Source of the DNA: Candidatus Omnitrophota bacterium
GTDB lineage: Bacteria > Omnitrophota > Gorgyraeia > Gygaellales > Profunditerraquicolaceae
Direction: 5' to 3'
DNA length: 64,000 nucleotides
Assembly: GCA_029571225.1 (NCBI GenBank)
Contig: JAKPTF010000035.1
Location: 81,925-145,924, forward strand
The notes under the pieces are model-generated. The model was given only the letters and a program-made list of their open reading frames with translations. It made no database searches and was not told where the DNA came from. Positions 40,301-52,300 of the stretch are shown here, in pieces. The position numbers were made by a program, and so were the translations under genes. The stretch's first letter is position 1, and each line of letters starts with the position of its first letter.

Positions 40301-43300
40301 TACGCGGACTTTGAATTGCGGCAGCTCTTTGCCAAGTAACAAAACAAGTTTTCTATTGACGATGAAGGCGGTCGCAAGCATTGCTTTCTCCTGCTCGGTC
40401 AACTCATCCGCAGCCACATATTCGATAAACTGGTGAACCACCTCATAGTCATAGGGTACGCCCAAATGGTCATGCAAAACGGTCCTGATATGTTTGGCCG
40501 TGTTCACAGGGTTATATCCGATGTGGTGCAACTTCGTGCCTATGTCCGGATTCTTAAAGAACACTTTGGTCACCAGCGCAATGCGTTTACCCCGCATGAC
40601 GCTGTCATAGGCCATTTGCCAGACAGGAACGTTAACGGTAAAGCTATCAATGGGGCATGATAATTCGATGCAATCTTCTCTTTCAGACTCGATCAATGCT
40701 TCTTTCAGTACGCGCTCGATTGCCGCCGGAGAGTCGCCTTCGGCAAGTATTCTGCCGACCGCATCTTTTAGCAACTGAAGATTCAATACGTTTCTGTCCG
40801 GAGAGGCCACAAGCTTCTTGTCGAAGAAATTATATCCGAGCAACAACTTGATCCCCTGCCATGCGCTTGCAGGAACGAACAGGTCCTTCACGTATACGGC
40901 AGGATGCAGGAATGCGATCTCGCCGACAGAAGTTTTGGAAAGCGGCTTGTAATTCGGATTCAGGGTCAGCACAAGCTCCGGTATGCGGGCGATGACATGA
41001 CCGAAGCGGCTGTCAAAATCACGGAAAGTGATCTCGGTGCCGAAAATAGAATCCTGGCGGGACTTGACAAGCTCAAACCCGAGCGATTTGACGTTAAACC
41101 GCTTTTTATCCCCGTTCCTGGTTTCAAATACTTCATCCTCGAGCTCGACGGCCTTTGCACTCCAGTTCCTCGAGCGTATCTCGATCGACCTGACATTATT
41201 GCGCAGGCAGCTTGCGACTGCCATTTTCAGACCTTCGCCGAACGAACCCCTTGCTTCCGTGTTCCCGTTCTTGGTCGAATACAACAGGCTTAACAAGTGC
41301 TCATCAAACCCTGCGCCGTTGTCCTTAAAACGGACCGCGACGATTTGGCCGTCGATCGTGCCGTTATACTGTTCATGGGCGGTGCCTTCCGCAACCTGAA
41401 CAGGCACGGGAAGGTGCGCGCCGTTGCCGAAAAGCCTCTTGACCGTTGAAATAAACCCTGGTTTTTGCGCCAAAGCCGACGCAAGCCGTGTATTCGACGC
41501 CAGGTCATGCCACTGCTCCCGACCCTGATTATTCCGGATTGCGACCTCGACATGCACTGCAGTCGCCCCTGAATCCTCATGAAGCATGTTTTGTATCAGG
41601 TCAGTGACCGCGCGTTCGAGCGTCCATGCCTCTGCGCGATAATCGAGCGAGATGGACGTCCGCAATAAAGAATCATGCTCCGCGTAATATTCGTCAAAAA
41701 CCGTCGGCACGGATTTATCCAGCAAGTACTCTATGCCATACGTGATGATAACTTTCCTGCCGCTTTGAGATATCGCTTTGACCATCTGCCCGACTTTGGG
41801 CACTGCCAGGGAAGTAGCCGGCATAATGACAGCGTTCTTTCCGTAGACATCATAAAGCGCGTGCGCCCAGAGAGACCTGTCTGTCCATGTCCAGAAATGT
41901 CTGAATTTCTCAAACGCCTCGTTCTCAAAGACCCCTTGAGCCGTTTTTCCTGACATCCATTCATTGGTGCACGCCGCGATCACAGTCCTCATCACCTCGG
42001 GATTTTTCGTATTCCTTAACAGGTGGTGCACCGCGCTCAAGATCCTGTAGGAAGGCAGGGAATCCCGGTCCCGATTCAGATCATTCTTCGCATCCTGGGA
42101 AATAAGATTATAATCGAACAACCCGCCGGCGACTTCCATTACGAACATGCCGCTGACATATATCCTGGATGGCCGTCCCTGCGCCTTCCGGATCATATCG
42201 CCCGTTTCTGCGTCACGGTCCAGTATCTTCAGGTCATCCCGGAGATACAGGATCAGGTTATCCGCGCGCTGGGCTGTCTTGAAGAAGGCCTGATCAAAAT
42301 CCGTTATAATGGTCCTGGAACCGCGGATCATGGGGCTCGGTTCGATCTCATAACAGAGTTCGTACGTAGAGAGCTCATTGGCCTTGCCTTTGTTCAAAGT
42401 CAGCGGCTCAAGCCGCGCAGTTGCCTTCCAGTCCTTCGAATAGAATGTCAGGCCGAATCCCTTGCGCATTGCGACCAGCGCTGCGATCTTAAGCCCTTCG
42501 CCGAATTTGCCGACCATTTCTGCCTGGTTCTCTTTGGTGCTGCACAAAAGCGCAAGCAGTTCTTTGTCATACCCGACGCCGTCATCGCGTATCTCGATCG
42601 CCTCGACATCCTGCCTGCGCAGGTTCTTTGCATAACGCAGCGGAACCATCCGGCCCTTGTCTGTGCGGAACAGGACCTCGATCTTGCTGCCCATGGCATC
42701 TGACGGCAGATGGTTCTGCACCAGGTCGATCATGATGCGCAGGTCCGGCCAGTTCACGTTATAATTGGTGGTTATATTGGTCCGCATCAGGGCCTTGCCC
42801 CTGGCAGCGCCGCCGTCGCGAAAGGATCCGACCGATGTTCCGACATTTTTCGCGCAAGGTTTCAACACCACCATGCCCAGAGGCGGCAGGGTAAATTCTG
42901 CGGAGGCAGGGAAACCGTGCGCCGGACGGTCAACTGCCGCAATCCGGCCGAGATTTCCCACATTGCTCCCCCCGTACACGGCGGCATCGCTGTTAAACGT
43001 TTCCTCCCATTCGCCTTCCCCGGGCAGCCCAAGGATGTAGCCGTAGCGGGGAACCGGAGTAAAATTCAGGGCAACCGCCAATGTATCCTGTGGCTTTTCG
43101 CCGAAACGCAGGTACGCCGCCACGGCGTGCTGCTTGTCGTCACATGCGATCCAGCGGAAACCCCGCGATTCGAAATCATATTGGTGCAGGGCAGGTTGAT
43201 CGCGTTCCAGCCGGTTCAGGTCCCTGACAAACCGTTGTATCGCCCGGTGCTCGGGATATTCCAGCAGCCACCAGTCGAGGTCCTTGTCATGGTTCCATTC

Positions 43301-46300
43301 TTTGTACTGTCCGAATTCCCCTCCCATAAACAAAAGCTGCTTGCCCGGCATGGTGTACTGCAGACCAAGCAACAGGCGCAGGTTGGCGAACCGCTGCCAC
43401 TGATCACCCGGCATCTTTTCCAGCAATGAATGCTTCAGGTGCACCACTTCGTCGTGGGACAAAGCAAGCACGAAATTCTCACTAAAGGCATATGCCAGGT
43501 AGAAGGAGAGCCCGCCCAGATAAAAACCACGAAATACCGGATCAAGCTTGATGAACTCCAGGGTATCGTGCATCCATCCCATTGCCCATTTCATGGAAAA
43601 GCCCAGGCCGCCTGCGTACACCGGCCGGGAGACCATCGGCCAGGCGGTGGATTCTTCGGCGACGGTGAGGATGCCCGGATAACGCGCGTGCACCACCTGA
43701 TTGAACTGCTTGAGAAAATGCACCGCTTCGAGATTCTCCCTTCCGCCGTACACGTTAGGTATCCACTGTCCGTTTTTGCGGGAATAGTCGCGATAAAGCA
43801 TCGAGGCTACCGCGTCCATGCGCAGGCCGTCGATATGGTACTTCTGCAGCCAGAAGCAGGCGTTGCTGATCAGGAAACTGCGCACCTCATTCCTGCCAAG
43901 GTTGAACACCGCGGTGCCCCAATCCGGATGCCTGCCTTCCCGGGCATCGATATGCGAATACAGTTCGGTGCCGTCAAAATAGATCAAACCTTCTTCATTG
44001 AGCGGGAAGTGCGCCGGTACCCAGTCCATCAATACGCCGATCTCTTCCCTATGCAGCCGGTCCACCAGATACATCAGATCCTGCGGGGTGCCGAAGCGAG
44101 AGGTGGGCGCAAAAAAATTGGTCACCTGGTATCCCCAGGACGGAACAAAGGCATGCTCAGTAACCGGCAAGAGCTCCACGTGGGTGAAGCCCATGTCCCC
44201 GATATATTCCGCCAGCTCATCCGCGGTCTCCCGATAAGTCAACCAGCGATTATCCTCTTTCCTGCGCCAGGAACCAAGGTGCATCTCGTACACGGACATC
44301 GGGCTTTCCAGCGACTGACGTGCCGCACGGGTATCCATCCACTCCCTGTCCCGCCAGTCGTAATTCAGCTCCCAGACAATCGATGCGGTGGTCTCGGGAT
44401 GATCCTTTGTTGGAAACTGGTTAAAAAAGGCAACTGGATCTGATTTCAGACGGGACTGGTGGTCAGCGCCAAGCACGTGGAACTTGTACAACGCTCCCAT
44501 GCCCACTCCGGGAATGAAAGTCTCCCAGACCCCTGCGTAGGTTTTGGACATTGGCGCGACGGATCGATCCCATGAGTTAAAATCCCCGCACACGCTCACC
44601 TGCCGGGCATGCGGCGCCCACACCGCAAAATGCGTCCCCAGCAACCTGCTGCGGTCGAGTACCACATGCGCGCCCAACTTGCGGTAGGTGTCATAATGCG
44701 TTCCCTCGACCATGAACAGGTGCTGGTCGAATTCAGTAAAACGCGGCAGAAGTCCTTCCTCGTTTCCGCCATCCTGCTTAGCAGCGGAACCGTCCGGTTG
44801 CGCCTGCGGGGCAGTGCGCGACATCCGGATCGTCAGTACGGATTTCTCCGGCATGTTCAGGCTGATCCGACCTCCATCGTTGAATTGAGACGCAGACCCC
44901 GAACCTTCACCCGCCACGGTAGATTGACCCAAGGCCTGCGTTATCTCAATCGGAACAAGAAGCCGAACGCGTTTAATATCATATGTCAATCCTGCACGAC
45001 CCTTGACCTCAGCAAGAAGAGCTTCCAAAACTTCCAGTGAATGCCGGTTTATCAAAGCTATTTCCCTCTCGTACCCGGCCTGATTAAGCCACATGCCCCG
45101 GTAGACATAGAACCATGCGTACCAGTTACGCTCGGCAGCCGCAAAAAGATCTTCCGAGGACAAGGCCCAGGCCCCGCTACTATGCTTGCATTCCAGGGCA
45201 CGCAAGGCCGAATCGAGTAGCATGTGCCTGTTTATCAGGCGCAATCCCAGTCCGCGACTAAGCGTCCGTAATGGCAGGAGCAAATTGTCTTCATAGTCAG
45301 GATTGTAATCCGCGCGATGCTCATCTTCCACTCCCCAGATATAGTACAAAGTCGCCCAGGGGCTGTCCCATCCCAGGGCCTGGCCGATCTGTATCGCCCG
45401 CAACAGCGTGCGCAGGGTGATCTCCTTGCCCAAATGCTGACGGGGAATATAGGAAACCAGATTCTTCCTGTCCCAGCCCGGCGGGTTGCACCCGTAGATC
45501 CGCGCGCCGTTCTCGCTGATGGTGACGTTGGTCAAGCCCACTGCCCGCTCCCCGGCCCGGAAACCAGGCAGCGCATAAATCTCGATAAAGTCCTTCTTCT
45601 CATAGTCCGGACCGACGCGACGGATCATCCATTCCTCGCGGATATCCGAAGACCGGATAGCCTGCTCCTGCGCCCCACCGTCCTTGCCATGTCTGTTTTT
45701 CATTATCTCAAACAACCTCGTTCGAAGATCCTTTTCGGTCAGGCACGCTTTCAACATATCAAGATCGTCTTCGCTAAAGACTGAAGACGCGCTTGAATAC
45801 CCCCTCAACTTATACTCACCATACTCTGCCTTCGTAAAAACGAACGAGGATTCATCGAATATCTGGATTTCAAAGTACCGGTTAGCATACGAACGGGAAC
45901 GATCAAAAGGAAATCTTTCCGGCATAAAGAAGAAGCAATTTGCCCGGGTCGATCCGTTTCTGGTAACTACCCTTTTCTCTTTCAAGCGGAAACCCGCCGC
46001 TGCCATTTTTGCACAGATATCGTCTATCCCAATCTCCCGTTTCAGTATTCTCATCCCTATGTAATCGTTCGCAATCTCTGCCCCCCGGCAGAGCAGTCCA
46101 AAGACATACGCATAACATGCATCGGGATTTTTTAACTGCTCCGAATTTAACGGCACTCCGTACTTCTTGTTCAGGCGCAGATAAATACTCAAGGCTCCCT
46201 TGATTCGATGGTCTATCCTAACAATTTGTTTTGTTTCTCCAGTCAAAGCGCGCGCGATATCATCACGGATCTGGCAACTGACACCTTTTGGATCGATATA

Positions 46301-49300
46301 ATAATCGGCGAACGCATTCTCGATCGCCTTTGACAAGACGGGAGCGATGACCGAGAAACAGCCGTTGCGCAGGTTGGAAGCAAGATCATCCATGCCGAGA
46401 CGATAGGCCAACGGGATATACACCAGGTTCACATCCGTAAGCATCTCTCGCGCCCGGGCATCCAACGATCCATGTAATGCTTTGACCTGGAAGAGCTGCG
46501 CCTGCAAGGCCGATTCCACTTCGTTTACACTCGAGAATCTATCCAGCAATTCCCGCATCCTCCTGGCTTTGGCTGCCTTGACAGCCTTGAATTCTTGATA
46601 GCGACCGCTCATCTTCCTCATCTGTTCGATGAGCTCCGCGTGGAAATTTTTCTGATTGCGTATATAGTTCTCTAAAGGCATGAAAATCTCTTCCATCTCT
46701 TTCTCGATTTCAGCTTGCTCCTCGCTTGGCAGCAATTCAAGCATGTCAATTCTCTCTGAAAACTGTTCCAGCAAAGTCGCCAGCCGCGTATCCTCATCAA
46801 CATCCGCCGTTCCTATATATATCCCGGCGCGTTCCTTCAATCGGGAAGCTAACGATGGCAGTCCCAGAACTTCGGCAAACGGCGCATAGAAATCGTGAAC
46901 CCGGCGAGCAAGGAAGCGTAATTCGAAGATCGTGTTCTTGGTTGGAGCCAGAGGCAGTTTCTCTTCAAGCGCAGCAAGCGGGAAGAAACCGAGAGATGCT
47001 TTTTCTGCTTCATGCAGCCTGGCCACGATCTCCATGATCTGGCGCGTTCCTTCGTGCGTTTTCATCGGCCAAAGATTGATCGTCTCTGGAGCGCCATTGA
47101 AATCTTTGCCCGGCACGCCCACTAAATACGGCAGCTTGTTACCCGATTGCGCGCCCAGCCGGGCCATAGGCGCAGCCAGGAAGTTGTAATCGGTAGCGCT
47201 ATCGCCGATCCCGATGATCAGCGGATTTACAAACGCCCTCTCGCGCAAGAATTCCTTCAGGGTGAACTCCTTATCCCGCACGCTGGCGATCACAAAGGTG
47301 GTCCCGGAGAACACGTACATCTTCTCCTTCAGACCGTCAGGCAGCATCGGCATCATCAATTCCACGATCCGGGCGGTGAACCGGGCGTCCTGCAGCTCGG
47401 CCGCTGCGTATTCTTGGCTGTTTTCTTTTAGTTCCACAGAAAGCATCTTGCCTGCGCCGTTGTTCAACTTCACGATGCCCAGCTGATACCGATATGTGAC
47501 GATGAATTCTTCAAAAATATTCAGCACCGTCTGCATATCCTGAGATTCCAGAGTGAACCTGATATAATCTTCCGTGGGCACGTCGAACATGCTTACCACT
47601 GCCGTATAGAACGCCAGGGCATAAGCCTGGATGATCCGGAACTGCTCTTCCTCGCTGAATGGCTCTCCGCAGGCCTGGGCATACTCATCGCCTTTCTCAT
47701 CCCAGATCAGCTTTTCGCTGCCGCTCATACAATAATAGACTAAACGCGCCAGCTGTTTATGCATGCCGCGCTGCCTGGCTGCTTGCGTCAACGGTTTGAT
47801 CACGTTCTCATAGCTGTGCACTAACAGGCCGCCGGTGATCACCACAAACCACACGTTCTTCGCCAGCAGGTCGAGCGCGGCGTTTATCGCATCCTGCGTG
47901 ATCGGTTCGTTTGGGCCTGTTAACGTACCATCCTTATCCATAAAGAATACCAGATCGGAATGTTTTTTATTGACCGCCTTGATCAGCGCCAGCATAACAT
48001 GCAGCTGCCCGACTAGATCAGGATTGGAAAGAATATCCCGGCCCAGGGATGCGTACGCCGCGTCCCCCTCGACGCGATACCTGTTCAGCTCCTCTTCCAA
48101 GCTCACCCATTCCAAGGCGGAGGTCTTTTTCGCGTCAGGAGACAGCAGGGCGATCTCCCGGTCATCCACCAGATATAAATACATGCTGCCGATTTCCCGG
48201 TCAGTACCGTGCACTACGCGCAGCGCGCCTTCGGATCCCACCACAAACGCGCGCTTGCGATCAAGCTGTACGGTGCCCTGGTAGAGTTTTTTCTCCGCCG
48301 CTTGCAGGCCGGCTTCCCGGTCATCGGTAATCAGGCCGCAATTGGTTGCTGCGGATACGTCTCTGGCAAAAGGCATCTTCTCCACGTTGCCGCGCACACC
48401 TATCAAGATCTCTCCCTCCTTATTCACCAGGAGCACGAATACCGTACGATGCCACAGGCCCTGGGTGTGCACTTCGTCGCGCGGCCGGGCAATGAATGCG
48501 CCCGATGCATCGGTCAGAAACGCGCCCTGCTCATCGGTGATGTAGAACAACTCTTCCTTCCCGCCGTCACGGGCCAAATTCCTAAGGAAAGCCGCTATCC
48601 GCTCGTTATCAAAAGCCGCCGCGATTGATCCTACAAAGACTTTGGGATTATCGCGCACTGCCACTTCCAACTCGCTGATATCCCAGAAACGGCTTTCCGC
48701 AGCCACGATCATATCCGCCTCATCCACAACCAGTTTCTCCAGCTCTTCGTCAGTGGCTTGATATACGTACAGCTTGTAGATGGCCCGGTTGTAGGCGTTG
48801 TTGCCCTTGACATCGTCGCAGAAAGTCCCCATTTCATGCAACCGGCCAAGGTCGATGTTCTTAAGATTCAGCTCCTCTTCGATCTCGCGCAGACAGCCTT
48901 CCATATAGGTATCGCCCAAGTTCAGATGGCCGCCCACCGACTCTGCGTATTTGTCCGGATCGATGTCCTTGTCCGCACCGCGCTTTTGCACGAACACTTG
49001 GCCGCGGGGATTTATTACCCAGACGCGGTTGTCCCGATGCAAGTCTCCGTCCACGTGCACCAGCGCCCGAGGCTTGACCCTGCCCAGCACCATGCCGCAG
49101 GCATCGATAATCTCGAAAAAATCCATTGCGTAGCTGTCTTCTTTAACGATCTGGTTCAGCAGGACGGTCTTATTCAGTTTGCTGCGGAAATCACGCTGCC
49201 ATTCCAGGAGTTGCCGGGTAAAATTGTAAAGCGTGGAGTACTCATCCTTTCCCTGCAGGTCTTTGGCATAACGCAGGAATGCCTGCACGTACGGCCGGTC

Positions 49301-52300
49301 GAAATTGGTGACCGCCTTAAGCACGGCGGCATATCCATCGGCAGAGCTTCCGGCAGGAATGCGGTTCAAATGGTACTGGGAAAGGTCGATTTGATCGAGC
49401 AGGCGGGCAAAGGCCCTGACGCCGATGTGTTCCGAGGCGGTGATCACAATGATCTCGTAATCGCGTTCGCTGCGATTGGCCAGGGTGAAACCGGTAATGG
49501 GGTTTTCGCCGACATTATTGTTCAACACGACATGGCTTGCGGAAGAAAGCGTGATCTGCTCCGGAGGACCACGCATTCTTAGAATCCCCATGGTCGCGGA
49601 AAGCTTTGCGCTGTCGGTTTCGGCATTCCAATCTGCAGAAATATTTTTTGGCCAGGGCATGAACCTGACGACTTGCAGTCCCGGATACAGCGAAGCGAAC
49701 GGGATCACATCGGTGGTCTCGCCCGGTTTGATCGTAATTATCTTAAAATCGATATCCATAACCAGAGACACTTCGGGATTGTACACTCCGGCAGCATCCT
49801 GCTTGAATATCACATTGCCTTCTTCATCAGTCTTCAACTGTGCGGCCATAGCCGGCAAGATGTGGGAATAAACCGCCCAGCCGTTACCCTGTGTGACCTG
49901 CGCCGGCACCAACGCATACCTGCCGGAGACAATCGTTTCTCCGGAGGACTTGAACAGCCTGGCAAAAATATCCTTGAACGTCCAGTCGATACTCGGGGCG
50001 ATGGCATCGGTGTTACGCAACGTATGCGAATATCCGGCGGGAATACGCACCAGGCAGCCGAACGGCATCTGCTGGCTGTATTTCGCTTCCAAAGCATTGA
50101 TGTCGGTTTCCGAGATAATCCTGGCCAGCAACGCATGTTCTTCTACGCCCAGATAAATACCCTGACAGCATTTCTGCAGCTCATCCGGAGAAATGCTTGC
50201 TGCATACAAAGCATCCCGCAGCAACACTTTGGCCAGGCCGCTGTCCGGAGCGAACCCGTATTTGATGGAGAGCTCGTGGATCAAACCGTTGTAATCCACG
50301 AAAGCGATATTCTCCGCGCCTGAAAAAGTCAATTCTTCTGCTTCATGGGTGTGGATACCCTGCCTGCTTGCGATCCGATTCTCCCCCTCGGAAAGACTCA
50401 AACCCAGGGCCCGGGACGACGTCTGGCTGAACGCGGTATACTGCCGCTTACTATCTTGCACCCAGCGACTGACCACAAATGCTGAGGGAATCACGGAAAC
50501 CTGTTTGTCCTGCGTCATATATATTGTATCGGCATTGTCCACGATCGCCGCGCGGATGTAGAGGGCACGAGTGTATTCCCGGAGGAACGTGCTGCCGTTG
50601 CGCATGGCGATCGTTTCCGCCAAGAGGCCGAACGTCTTGCTCAAGGCGAATCCCTGTTTGCCAAGGCGCAAGGCCTTCTGCCAGAGATCCCGGTCATTGA
50701 TCCTCCAGAGGGCGGGATGCTTCTGCGTATCTTCCCTAATCTGTTGCTCCAGTGCTTCCAGCTGCCTGATCGCTGCCAGCACATCATCGTATTCCTGGAT
50801 ATCGAGGAAACTTTTCAACTCATCCAGATAGTGCGGGAGCTCGCCGCCGTCCGCATGCACGGCCTGCATCTGCGCCAGGTACTGCGTGGTTAAATCCTTT
50901 GCCGGCAGACCCATGACCAGATCCGTGTTCCTTACGTAAATCTTCTTCACCTCCAGGGTTATCACTACCACCGCGCCAAACAACATCAGCAGGTCATTAA
51001 ATCCACGCATGCCCTCGGCAAACCGGGTGATCTTTAAGAAAGCATCTGCAATTACCCCTCCGTCGAGAGACAGGCCGGCATGTTCCCTGGCCCAGCGGTA
51101 GATGTTGATATATTCCTTGACCGGTCCTCGCCAGCTCCAGTCATGGCCTGCGGCGTTTTCCGTGACCCTCTCCCAGTGCTCGGGAACCCGGAAGGTGTTG
51201 ATCGCCCGCCAGATCGCCGCGTACAATTCCTCGTCGTTTATGTTCTCGAACAGCCAGCCGTTGCCCTTACCGGTGAACCATTCGTATTCCTGGAAATTAT
51301 CCGCCAGTCCGCCGGTGCGGCGAACCACGCCGGGTACCCGGTTGATCAGGGCTACCACCGGCCGGGTGCCGAACGGCTCAAATTCAGAAGGATACAGGAA
51401 GATGTCCAGGGCGTGGAACACGTCGCGCTGCTCGTCAGTGGTGTACTTCTGCTTGAAATTTACATTCTTCGGCCAGCGTGCCTGTAGCGCCTGTAGTTCG
51501 TCAGCGACCTCGGTGGCGTATTGGCTTGAGGTGTCCCCCTTGCCCAGGTACATGAACTGTACTCCGCCATTGGTCTCCAACAGCAGGCGGTCGATCGCCC
51601 TGACCACTTGGCGTACACCCTTCTGTTCGTCGATACGCGCGACCATACCAATAAGGGGAATATGCTGATCCACCTTGAATCTGAGCTTCGCCTGCATCGC
51701 CGCTTTTTTGAGCGGTTTCTCCTGCTTGCTCACCGGCTGCCAGATCGGATAATATATCCCGTTAGGAATACCGAGCAGGTCGCCGATGCGCGCCCTGTAC
51801 GCCTCATGCAGGCCGCTGCCTCCGGAAGGCGTCATCATCTCGTCGCGGTTAGTGCGGGATACTGCATTCAATTTGTCCGCGTGGGTGATCGCCCCGCGCA
51901 TCAGGCAGAAATGATGCTCGCTTTCCGGCTGGCGCATGCCGAACCAATGTTCACCATTGATGCCAAGCTCTGGGAAGCGATTTCCGGGGATCCAGCCGGC
52001 GGTGTGCTTTGGATTGTGCACGGAGAACAATGTTGCGGCCTGCGAAATAATCGGATCGTTGCGGTACTTGGTCTTGACAAACACCGGCACCAGCGCAGCC
52101 GGCCAATCGTTGGCGTGCAACACCTGCGGCTGCGGCATCTCGCCGGCTTCAACCAGAGCCTTGACCGCCTTGAGCGCGCCTTCGGAAAGTCCCACTGCGA
52201 AGTTCAACTTATCGCCGGAATACGGCTGTCTGAACCAGGCACTGCCTGCGGAGGTATAATAGGTGGTACTGCCTTCCCGCACCTCGCTGAACCAACCTGC

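Noticed and set aside
42710-44443. Plus-strand ORFs 42710..43429 and 43430..44443 (239 and 337 aa)
   Set aside because: They are antisense to the unmistakable GlgB module, so they are shadow ORFs.
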